Positions 34,269 to 42,569 of a stretch of 64,000 bases of DNA are shown here, piece by piece (positions within the stretch are counted from its first letter, which is position 1; each line of letters begins with the position of its first letter). The translations under genes and the position numbers were made by a program. The notes under the pieces were generated by a model. The model was given only the letters and a program-made list of their open reading frames with translations, searched no databases and was not told the origin of the DNA. Source of the stretch: Rhodothermales bacterium (lineage in GTDB: Bacteria; Bacteroidota; Rhodothermia; Rhodothermales; VXPQ01); NCBI GenBank assembly GCA_040904565.1, contig JBBDTI010000013.1:1-64000 (forward strand). The letters run 5' to 3'.

Positions 34269-35381
34269 TCACGCCTCCGGTAAATCGTCTGCGGCTTCCT
34301 CCACACGTTCGGTAAACTGCCGCGTTTTTTGTCGCAGCCGGTCCCCGGCCTTCAGGAGTGAACCGCCGACCAGCAGGATGACGTCTCGGCCGAAGAACCG
34401 GACGAGTTCCGCCGCGCGATCCGCAGTCATTCCGCCGGCCGGAACCGGGAATGCGGGTTTGAGGCCAAGCCAGGGATTGCGTAAACGCTCGGCGATATCC
34501 CGGCAGACATCGGGCGAAAAGCTGAATCGTCCGCCGTAATTGGCGAAAATGACGGCGTCGGCCCCGAATAGCCGAAACAATTTACCGTAGATGGTCGCGG
34601 GCCGTATGGATGCGACACCTCCAAAGCTCGGATGAGCCAGCACAGGGAGGTCCATCTCGGAGCGAATCATTTCGTGAAACGTCGGCATCCCGATGAGCAT
34701 GGGGGCCATCATGACGGCTCGTACGCCCGCCTTCTGTGCCGCCGCCGCCTGGCGCTTCAGCTGGTCGGGCGTACCCGATAGGTTTGGTACGTACACGCAG
34801 GAACGCCCGGTCTGAGCCGCCGCCTCCTCGACGACGGCTTGACAGACGCGGACGCGTTCGTCGAACGGCGCAAAGGAATGGTCCGCCAGATAGTGGTCGT
34901 CCTTGACCAGGTCGATGCCTCCCATGGCGAGCTCTTTGCAGACGTGGGCCGTCTCCTTGAGCGTCATTCCGACTGGTTTCAGGGCGCTGCACGTTATCGG
35001 GCGTCGTTCGGCGTTCGTTAGACTACGCAGTCCGTCCACGCCGAAGCGCGGGCCCGGAAGCAGTTCCGTAACGCCGGCCGGCGGGGTGAAATCTACCAGC
35101 TTCACTCCTTCGTGCAAGGATGAATTGCCGAAAAGGACGTTCAAGAATTGGGCAGGATCGACGGAGGCTGTGACGAAGGGCAGTGCGAGCGTCGCCTGCA
35201 CTCCTCGGTCTGCACAGCTTTCGATCCGGACGACGCGGCCCATCATGTTGTCGCGGACGTGCGGGTATCGCTCGGCCACGGATCGGGGCGTCTCGATCGT
35301 TTGTTCGAGGAGGATCGCGTCGACGCGATCATCAAACGGACCGCTTCCGGTGATCTGGTAAACTGCTTCGAGATATTCCAT
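34269..35381 (-). CDS. Form IV RuBisCO-like protein (DeepYkr / R. rubrum type), probable methylthioribulose-1-phosphate isomerase
   Basis: LEQT, LFGNSSL, GPRFG, CSALKP, KDDH in place of RuBisCO KDDE, AHP, GADAVIF, GGRF, PVPAGGM, LVGGSL; 370 aa. Confidence 0.9.
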   Translation of the reverse strand: MEYLEAVYQITGSGPFDDRVDAILLEQTIETPRSVAERYPHVRDNMMGRVVRIESCADRGVQATLALPFVTASVDPAQFLNVLFGNSSLHEGVKLVDFTPPAGVTELLPGPRFGVDGLRSLTNAERRPITCSALKPVGMTLKETAHVCKELAMGGIDLVKDDHYLADHSFAPFDERVRVCQAVVEEAAAQTGRSCVYVPNLSGTPDQLKRQAAAAQKAGVRAVMMAPMLIGMPTFHEMIRSEMDLPVLAHPSFGGVASIRPATIYGKLFRLFGADAVIFANYGGRFSFSPDVCRDIAERLRNPWLGLKPAFPVPAGGMTADRAAELVRFFGRDVILLVGGSLLKAGDRLRQKTRQFTERVEEAADDLPEA

Positions 35382-35609
35382 CTTGTCACGATTACGTAAT
35401 ACGAAGGGCGCCGGTGCGCCGTAACGACCGGTGCGTAGTATGAATGCATCTCGCGGTACAGCCGAAAAGCCCGTGAGGTTCGTTCGAGCAGCAATACAAT
35501 CCAGGCTTCTGGGCCGCGGATGGTCGCTGCATCGATGGCCTCTGGGCCCGCGGGCGCGCCGTTACACAACACGCGTCGTACTCAATGAAAGGTAGAACGG
35601 ACGGATAGA

Positions 35610-35999
35610 ATGAACGAGCGGGATGCGCATCCGGAGTGGACCATGACCCACGATCTCGGGTTGATCTATCTGGCATTGACCCTGGGTGCGGATGAAGATC
35701 TCGATGAGGCGGAGTTGGACGCTATGACCAGCAAACTGGAACAGTGGCAGCCTGAAGGTACGCTGCCTATCGCGTCCATCTTGCACGAGGTGATTCTCAT
35801 GTATGTCGGCTCATCCGGGGAGCAGATGCTGGAGACGGCCATTGTCTCGTTGCGCGATCAGCTGCCGAAATTGTCCCGGATGGCAGTTCTCGGCGATCTG
35901 GCGGATCTGGCGTCGGCCGACGGTACCGTGGTCATGCAGGAAGTAGATTTCATCCAGCAGTTGGCGCGCGACTGGGATGTCGATCGGGACGTCCGCTAG
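35610..35999 (+). CDS. TerB-like protein
   Basis: Paired motifs ([10 protein letters not shown] and [16 protein letters not shown]) typical of the TerB fold. Confidence 0.7.
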   Translation: MNERDAHPEWTMTHDLGLIYLALTLGADEDLDEAELDAMTSKLEQWQPEGTLPIASILHEVILMYVGSSGEQMLETAIVSLRDQLPKLSRMAVLGDLADLASADGTVVMQEVDFIQQLARDWDVDRDVR

Positions 36000-36766
36000 G
36001 CGTTTCGCAGTACCTCGGCCAGGTTGCCCCGGCTTTCGCCTACGCATGCCGCCCCGATGATACCCGCCTCGTTCATGAGCTCGGCCGTCATGAGCCTCGC
36101 GCGCGTTTTGAGGAGGTGGAGGTATTTAGCCGTCTTCTTGGGTTTGCTGACGCCCCCACCGAGTATGAAGGTGTCGATGTCGAGCAGCCGTTCCACGTGA
36201 TCCAGATATTCCTGTACACGCTCGGCCCACCCATCCCATCCGAGGTCGTTTTCTTTCCGGATGCGGTCGGAGGCGTAATGCTCGGCGACCATTCCATTAA
36301 GATACAGGTGGCCGAACTCCGTATTGGGAAGGAGGGCCCGGTTGTTGAAGAGGGCCGATCCGATTCCGGTACCAAACGTAAGTAGAAGGACGACTCCGCC
36401 CAGCTCTCTTCCGGCACCGAACCGCATCTCGGCCACAGCGGCAGCGTCGGCATCGTTGAGGACGGCGACCGGGCATCCGGTCGCGTTGGAAAAGAGCGCC
36501 GCGGCATCCGTACCGATCCAGGCTTGATCGATATTCGCCGCTGTCGTGGCCACGCCCTGTCTGACGCGGGCGGGGATGCAGCATCCGAGGGGTCCGGTCC
36601 AGCAGAAATGGCGGACGATAGCCGCCGTGATCTCGGCGACGGACGCCGGGTGGGCACCATCGGGCGTGGCGATTCGTTTACGCCGTGCCGTGAGTCGTCC
36701 GCTTTGCGTGTCGACGGGTGCACCTTTAATGCCGGATCCGCCGACATCGATGCCTAAGATTTCCAC
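35996..36766 (-). CDS. ppgK: Polyphosphate glucokinase (ROK family)
   Basis: [62 protein letters not shown]. Confidence 0.9.
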   Translation of the reverse strand: MEILGIDVGGSGIKGAPVDTQSGRLTARRKRIATPDGAHPASVAEITAAIVRHFCWTGPLGCCIPARVRQGVATTAANIDQAWIGTDAAALFSNATGCPVAVLNDADAAAVAEMRFGAGRELGGVVLLLTFGTGIGSALFNNRALLPNTEFGHLYLNGMVAEHYASDRIRKENDLGWDGWAERVQEYLDHVERLLDIDTFILGGGVSKPKKTAKYLHLLKTRARLMTAELMNEAGIIGAACVGESRGNLAEVLRNA

Positions 36767-36931
36767 AGGAATGGAATCGGTTGGGAAGATGTTGGGCGAG
36801 GGGATGGTGATGGCAGCGTCAGTTTAATAGAGCGCGGCGCAACCGGCAAGCCTGAAGAGGGATGTATAGCCCCAGATCTATATATTGATGCGCGACCACA
36901 TTCGCTGGATTGTCACCAGATTCGAAAGGAG

Positions 36932-37075
36932 ATGAAACGATCGCTGCTGTGCCTGTTTCTGTTTATTGGATGCTTTGTGGGATCGTGTCAGTGCTCGGAT
37001 AAGCCGCCGGTTCCGCCGGTGGAAGATAGCCGGCAGGTAGAGGCCGGATCGTTGGTCGCCGATCCGGCGGTGTAA
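36932..37075 (+). CDS. Small lipoprotein (47 aa), below the ORF-track cutoff
   Basis: Read by hand: MKRSLLCLFLFIGCFVGSCQCSDKPPVPPVEDSRQVEAGSLVADPAV*. AAAGGAG immediately upstream, basic n-region, hydrophobic h-region, VGSC lipobox. Confidence 0.65.
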   Translation: MKRSLLCLFLFIGCFVGSCQCSDKPPVPPVEDSRQVEAGSLVADPAV

Positions 37076-37136
37076 CGATGGATGACGGTCAAAGCCCCGG
37101 CATCGCTTCTCCTGCGGCGTAGCTCATCCCGTTCCC

Positions 37137-39038
37137 ATGTACTTCTCCGACGACATTATCGATGCGGTTCGTTCGGCGTCTGACATTGTCGACGTCGTTG
37201 GGGACTACGTGCGCCTTAAGAAGCGCGGATCCAATTATTTCGGCCTGTGCCCGTTCCACAGTGAAAATACGCCGTCGTTCAGCGTAAACCCGGCGATGGG
37301 GATTTTCAAGTGTTTCGGTTGCGGGGCAGGGGGAGACGTGTTCCAGTTCGTCATGCGCGTCGAAGGCATGTCGTTTCCGGAAGCCGTGCGAACGCTTGCG
37401 GAGAAAGCGGGTGTAGAGCTGCCGGAAGAGGGGGCTTCCGACAGGGATCGAATTAGCGAGACGGAGGCCGTCTACAGTGCCCTCCGATTCGCTGCGCGGT
37501 ACTTTTACCACGAGTTAACGCAGACGAGCGGGGGGAGTGCGGCGTTGACGTACCTGCGTGATCGCGGGTTTTCGAAGGCCACTATTAAGGAGTTCGGGCT
37601 GGGCTTCGCACCAAATAGTTGGGATGCGCTTCTCGAGGCCGCGAAGCAGCAGCATATCACGGTCGAGGTGCTCGAACAGGCCGGTCTCGTGATCCAGCGG
37701 AACGACGAGAGCGGCTACTACGACCGATTCCGGGGGCGGCTCATCTTTCCGATACTCTCGCACGTCGGCAAAGTACTGGGCTTCGGAGGACGCATTATGG
37801 AGGCGTCCTCCGACCAGCCCAAGTACATCAACTCACCCGAGACCCGCGTCTATAACAAGAGCCGCGTACTGTACGGTCTCTATCAGGCGAAACATGCCAT
37901 TCGGAAGCAGGAGGAAGTGTTTCTTGTAGAGGGGTACACGGACGTCATCTCGCTTCACCAGGCCGGCATTAGAAATGTCGTGGCTTCGAGCGGTACGTCA
38001 CTTACGAGGGACCAGGTGACGCTGCTGGGCCGGTACGCCAAGCGGATCGTTCTCGTATTTGATGCCGACGCCGCTGGTACAGGGGCCGCGATGCGAGGCA
38101 TCGAGATCGTTATTCCCGAAGGAATGTCCGCGTACATTGTGACGCTACCGGAGGGGGAGGATCCGGATTCCTTCGCCCGTCGAGAAGATGTTTCGATGGA
38201 GGCCTATCTCGATGAGCATCGATCCGACTTCGTAACCTACCTTCACGAGGTCGCCCGGCTGGAGGGTCAGCTCGACACGCCGGAAGGTGAGGCGGAGAAC
38301 ATGCACGCGATCTTGAGGATTATCTCGAGCATGCCGGATCCTCTTATGAGGGAAACGTATCTGCGGCGAGCGAGCGACGTGCTGGACGTGCCGGAGGGTC
38401 GCCTCCACGACGTGATCGACGGTCTTACGCCGTCGCGTCGTGCCAACCGCCGGTCTCACATCTCGCGGTCTCCGCTGCCTCCGCAGCGTCCGCCCGACGT
38501 GTCGGACGTGCGCGAGCGGCGCCGGAAGAGGCGGCGGGAGATCGCACCGCATCCCTCAGAAAAGAAGCTGATTCGACTGATGCTCGAACACGGTTCGTCG
38601 ATGGTGGAGTTCATTCTGCGCAACATGGCCATCAATGAATTCACCGAAGGCCCCGTTCGGCTCACGGTGGAGCACTTTCTCGAACAGTACGAGGCGGGCA
38701 CGATCAATAGACGCGCCTTCCTGGAGGGCCAGTACGGTACGGAGGTGCAGGAGCTTGCGGCCGAGGTAGCCATGATTCGCCACGAGCCGTCGGAAAATTG
38801 GGAGCGAAAACAGCGGATAACCGTACCCAAGCTGGACGGGGATCCGTACGACGCGGCCGCCAGTGCGATGACGTATCTCAAGCTCGATCGCGTCGAGCGT
38901 GCGATTGAAGAGAAGAAGAAGGAGCAGTACGAGGCGCAATCACGCGGTGAGGATGTGGGACCGTTGCAGGCCGACATCATGGAGCTGCAGCAGCTTCAAG
39001 GTCGGATCCGCCGTCAGGAATTTCTGGAAGATGAATAG
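37137..39038 (+). CDS. dnaG: DNA primase
   Basis: CPFH...C..C zinc finger, DRFRGRLIFPI, KYINSPET, EGYTD, Toprim DADAAG, DPD. Confidence 0.97.
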   Translation: MYFSDDIIDAVRSASDIVDVVGDYVRLKKRGSNYFGLCPFHSENTPSFSVNPAMGIFKCFGCGAGGDVFQFVMRVEGMSFPEAVRTLAEKAGVELPEEGASDRDRISETEAVYSALRFAARYFYHELTQTSGGSAALTYLRDRGFSKATIKEFGLGFAPNSWDALLEAAKQQHITVEVLEQAGLVIQRNDESGYYDRFRGRLIFPILSHVGKVLGFGGRIMEASSDQPKYINSPETRVYNKSRVLYGLYQAKHAIRKQEEVFLVEGYTDVISLHQAGIRNVVASSGTSLTRDQVTLLGRYAKRIVLVFDADAAGTGAAMRGIEIVIPEGMSAYIVTLPEGEDPDSFARREDVSMEAYLDEHRSDFVTYLHEVARLEGQLDTPEGEAENMHAILRIISSMPDPLMRETYLRRASDVLDVPEGRLHDVIDGLTPSRRANRRSHISRSPLPPQRPPDVSDVRERRRKRRREIAPHPSEKKLIRLMLEHGSSMVEFILRNMAINEFTEGPVRLTVEHFLEQYEAGTINRRAFLEGQYGTEVQELAAEVAMIRHEPSENWERKQRITVPKLDGDPYDAAASAMTYLKLDRVERAIEEKKKEQYEAQSRGEDVGPLQADIMELQQLQGRIRRQEFLEDE

Positions 39039-39043
39039 GCGAC

Positions 39044-41263
39044 ATGCCGATGAACCGTAGCGTCTCCTCCATAGACAGGATGGATCTGAGCGGGGATGGA
39101 GCGCCTCCGCCGACGCCGGAGTTCGCCGTACCGACGGCGACGTCTCCGCGTGGCGTGCCGAAGGATGCCTCGTTGGAGCATCCCCATCTCTTCTTCAATC
39201 GCGAGCTCAGCTGGCTCGATTTCAACTGGCGGGTGCTCTACCAGGCCATCGACGAGCGTACGCCGCTCCTTGAACGGGTTCGGTTTCTGGCGATCACGTC
39301 TACGAACCTCGACGAGTTCTTTCGGAAGCGCATCGGCGGTCTCAAGAGACAGGCGGCCGCGGGAGTGCGAGCTCGCTCGCCGGAAGGTAGATCCGCGAAG
39401 GAACAGCTGGATCTGATCCGCGACGCCGTTCATCCGATGTATTCCACGATGAATGAAACGTGGGAGACGCGGCTGCGGCCGCGGCTGGCCGAGCAGGCGG
39501 GCGTACATATCGAATCGTACGATGCGCTCAGTTCCAGGCAGAAGGAACGTCTGCATCGTTACTTTCAGGCACACGTCTTCCCCATTCTTACGCCACTGGC
39601 CGTAGATCCGGGACATCCGTTTCCGTTCATATCGAATCTCAGCCTTTCCCTGGCCGTGATGCTGCGCCATCCAGCGCGCGGAACGGAGCATTTTGCTCGT
39701 TTGAAGGTGCCGACGAGCAAGGGACGGTGGGTGCCGCTGGAAGAACCGCATCATTACGTCCCTATCGAGCAGGTCATCAAGCACAACCTGCACGAGCTGT
39801 TCCGCGGCATGGAAATCGAGCATGCCAGCGCCTTCCAGATCACGCGCAACGCCGACATCCGTCGAGATGAAGAAGAGGCCGACGATCTCATCGAAATGAT
39901 GTCGGAAGAGCTGCGCGAGCGGCGCTTTGCTCCGGTCGTCCGACTGGAAGTCGAGCAGGACATGCCGTCCCGCATTCTGGATCTCCTCGTTCGGGAGCTC
40001 TCGCTTTCGCCGGAGGACGTATTTCGCAGCTCAGGGCTGATCGACCACTCGGACTGCGAGTTTTTCGCGGACCTTGACCATCCCGAACTCAAGTATGCGT
40101 CGTGGAGCCCGGTCACGCCCTCGCGTCTTCTCTTCGAGGGAGAATCGAAGGACGAACCCGACATTTTCAGCATTATTCGAAATGGTGATCTCCTCGTTCA
40201 CCATCCGTACGAGTCGTTCAGGTCGAGCGTACAGCGATTTGTCGAAGAAGCGGCCTACGATCCGGACGTCGTCGCCATAAAGCAGACGCTGTATCGGACG
40301 TCGGAAGAGTCGCCGATCGTTGAATCGCTCATTCGGGCCGCTGAACGAGGTAAGCAGGTCGCCGTGCTCGTCGAGGTCAAGGCTCGTTTCGACGAAGAGA
40401 ACAATATCGAATGGGGACAGATGCTCGAGAAGTCGGGCGTCCACGTGACGTACGGTCTCGTAGGCCTGAAAACGCACGCGAAGGTCACGCTCGTCATCCG
40501 GAAGGAGGAGGACGGTCTGCGCGCATACTGCCACCTGGGCACGGGTAACTACAATCCGAAAACGGCTCGGCTGTATACGGACGTGGGGCTATTTACCTGT
40601 GCGCCGGACATCGGATACGACGTCATCAACCTGTTCCACTATCTGACGGGTTACGCGCCGGAGCAGCATTACCAGAAACTTCTGGTCGCGCCTCGCGACA
40701 TGAGAAAGGCGTTCATCACGCTCGTTCGGCGTGAGATCGAGCATCAGCGCGCGCACGGCGATGGACGCATCATTGCAAAGATGAATTCGATCGACGACGT
40801 TCAGATGATCGGAGAGTTATATAGCGCGTCCAGGGAGGGCGTCCAGATAGATCTCATCGTCCGAGGTCACTGCCGGCTGCGGCCGCGGCTTCCGAACTTC
40901 AGTGAGAATATTCGGGTTCGCAGCATCATCGGCCGTTTTCTCGAGCACAGCCGGATTTTCTACTTCAAAAACAACGGGCGCTCGCTCGTATATCTGGGCA
41001 GCGCAGACTGGCAGCGGCGGAATCTGGATGATCGAGTCGAGGCCATCATTCCCGTCGTAGAACCGGACCTTCGTGATCGGTGTATCCACCTTCTCCAGAT
41101 GTATCTGGATGATAGGCGGCTGGCCTGGGACCTGGGTGCGGACGGTCGTTTCAAGCAGCTGCGACCGGAAACGGAAGCGCAGAAGGTGGGCGTTCAGGAG
41201 GCACTCATGCGGCGAGCGAGACAGCGCACCGACGAACTGGATGCGCCGTGGGACATCGAGTGA
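39044..41263 (+). CDS. ppk1: Polyphosphate kinase 1
   Basis: NRELSWLDFN, NLDEFF, HPFPFI, HHPYESF, KQTLYRT, KARFDE, LKTHAK, GTGNYN, GRFLEHSR. Confidence 0.97.
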   Translation: MPMNRSVSSIDRMDLSGDGAPPPTPEFAVPTATSPRGVPKDASLEHPHLFFNRELSWLDFNWRVLYQAIDERTPLLERVRFLAITSTNLDEFFRKRIGGLKRQAAAGVRARSPEGRSAKEQLDLIRDAVHPMYSTMNETWETRLRPRLAEQAGVHIESYDALSSRQKERLHRYFQAHVFPILTPLAVDPGHPFPFISNLSLSLAVMLRHPARGTEHFARLKVPTSKGRWVPLEEPHHYVPIEQVIKHNLHELFRGMEIEHASAFQITRNADIRRDEEEADDLIEMMSEELRERRFAPVVRLEVEQDMPSRILDLLVRELSLSPEDVFRSSGLIDHSDCEFFADLDHPELKYASWSPVTPSRLLFEGESKDEPDIFSIIRNGDLLVHHPYESFRSSVQRFVEEAAYDPDVVAIKQTLYRTSEESPIVESLIRAAERGKQVAVLVEVKARFDEENNIEWGQMLEKSGVHVTYGLVGLKTHAKVTLVIRKEEDGLRAYCHLGTGNYNPKTARLYTDVGLFTCAPDIGYDVINLFHYLTGYAPEQHYQKLLVAPRDMRKAFITLVRREIEHQRAHGDGRIIAKMNSIDDVQMIGELYSASREGVQIDLIVRGHCRLRPRLPNFSENIRVRSIIGRFLEHSRIFYFKNNGRSLVYLGSADWQRRNLDDRVEAIIPVVEPDLRDRCIHLLQMYLDDRRLAWDLGADGRFKQLRPETEAQKVGVQEALMRRARQRTDELDAPWDIE

Positions 41264-41301
41264 TGCGAAGCGGGGGCCCGGACTCCGCCGGGGAAACCGT
41301 T

Positions 41302-41748
41302 CTAGTAATAACGTTCCAGCCGCGCGCCCGTGTCGTCGTCGTATTCCTTGTCGATCCAGTAGCTAGGAGCTTCGCGTTCCCAGCTTCTCTGAAGGGGATC
41401 CTTCCCGAAGAGGCGCAGCATGAAGCCGGTCGGAGTCATGACCAGATAGAATACGATCGCCAGAATGACGCGAGTCATTACGAATCCCATCACGACAGCC
41501 AACCCCATCCACACCCGATACGGCTGTCTCAAGATCGCAGGATATACGAGTCCGGCCAGGACGAGCGCCGACCCGATCCCGGCCAGCCATCGGAACGTCG
41601 CGGACTGGGACCATCCGTTCCTCCAGATGACGAAGAATCCGATAGCCAGCACGATGGAACCGATAAGGGTGCCGAACGAGCGCAAGGCCTTTCGGCTCGT
41701 GTCGATTTCCTGAAAATCTTTCCTCAGAATGCTGAGCGTGTTTCGCAT
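41302..41748 (-). CDS. SxtJ-family membrane protein
   Basis: LRSFG, P..L...Y..WM.L...MG..MTRVIL...FYLVMTP.G...RL.GKDPL, SYW and terminal ERYY. Confidence 0.75.
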   Translation of the reverse strand: MRNTLSILRKDFQEIDTSRKALRSFGTLIGSIVLAIGFFVIWRNGWSQSATFRWLAGIGSALVLAGLVYPAILRQPYRVWMGLAVVMGFVMTRVILAIVFYLVMTPTGFMLRLFGKDPLQRSWEREAPSYWIDKEYDDDTGARLERYY

Positions 41749-41989
41749 GGAGAAGTCGTGTGGGCCGGTGGTTTGCGGTTTTTGCCCGAGAGGATGCGGC
41801 GTTTGCACGGCGGGCGCCGGCATGACCGCTCGGGGCGTTCAGGGTCATTCCGTGTAGCGCAAATACTGTGCCCTCCGGTGCAGGTGCGGATGGTGGAAGG
41901 GGGCTGGTGTGTAGCGCTGCGGGCTGGGTGGGGAGGCCGCCTGGAGCAGCGGGTTGAAGAGCTGAATGAAAATATGATTGTAGGGGAAG

Positions 41990-42535
41990 ATGGATCTGTC
42001 GAAGGAGGAGCGGTCAGCGATCGATAGGAAGGAGGTCGAGCGACTCTTGAGCTTGTTACGCGGCGTTTCCTGGCGTGAAGACGGTACGGTTGCGATGCTT
42101 GTCGTGACTCCGCGTCCGCACGAGCATGTCGTCCGCGAGGAGGTGCGGGTGATTCGAGGAAAGGGGTTCGACGGGGATCACGATCGAAAATCGTACTACC
42201 GGGGGAGCTACGTTCCCGGGCGCGAGGTTTCCGCCATAACGCTCGAAGTGCTGAACGTGCTCGGCGTGGAGCCGTCCGTCGTTGGTGACAATCTAATCAC
42301 GCATGGAATAGACCTGGCCAGCCTGGAGAAGGGAGACGTCCTCCAGGTCGGCGACGTGCTTTTGGAGCGGAGTCATCGTGAACATCGCCCGTGCGAGACG
42401 TTTCGACATCGGACGAGTCCGGAAGCGTTTGCGATCGTCAGTCGTGGCCGTTACCGCGGCGCGTTGTTCACCGTCCGGGCGACGGGAACGGTTCGTCGCG
42501 GCGATCCGATCCGCGTGGTTCCTCCGGGAACGTAA
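41990..42535 (+). CDS. MOSC-domain protein
   Basis: GFDGDH, REVS, GDNLIT.GIDL, LQVGDVLLE, RPC (conserved Cys), RG, GTVRRGDPI. Confidence 0.8.
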   Translation: MDLSKEERSAIDRKEVERLLSLLRGVSWREDGTVAMLVVTPRPHEHVVREEVRVIRGKGFDGDHDRKSYYRGSYVPGREVSAITLEVLNVLGVEPSVVGDNLITHGIDLASLEKGDVLQVGDVLLERSHREHRPCETFRHRTSPEAFAIVSRGRYRGALFTVRATGTVRRGDPIRVVPPGT

Positions 42536-42569
42536 GAGCGGCCTTTCCCGGGGTGGCTGACCGCTCCTG

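Noticed and set aside
34088-34306. 72-aa ORF between the RLP and the cupin
   Set aside because: Arg/Thr-rich composition, overlap with the RLP end and no recognisable motif; probably non-coding.
34269-35381. RuBisCO / CO2 fixation
   Set aside because: KDDH instead of KDDE, short length, and no small subunit or phosphoribulokinase nearby indicate a form IV RLP.
35382-35609. SAM riboswitch upstream of the RLP gene
   Set aside because: I could not find SAM-I or SAM-II core motifs on the minus strand by eye. An Rfam scan would be decisive.
41302-41748. Saxitoxin biosynthesis cluster
   Set aside because: Only an SxtJ-like gene is present. The family is widespread and no other sxt genes are here.
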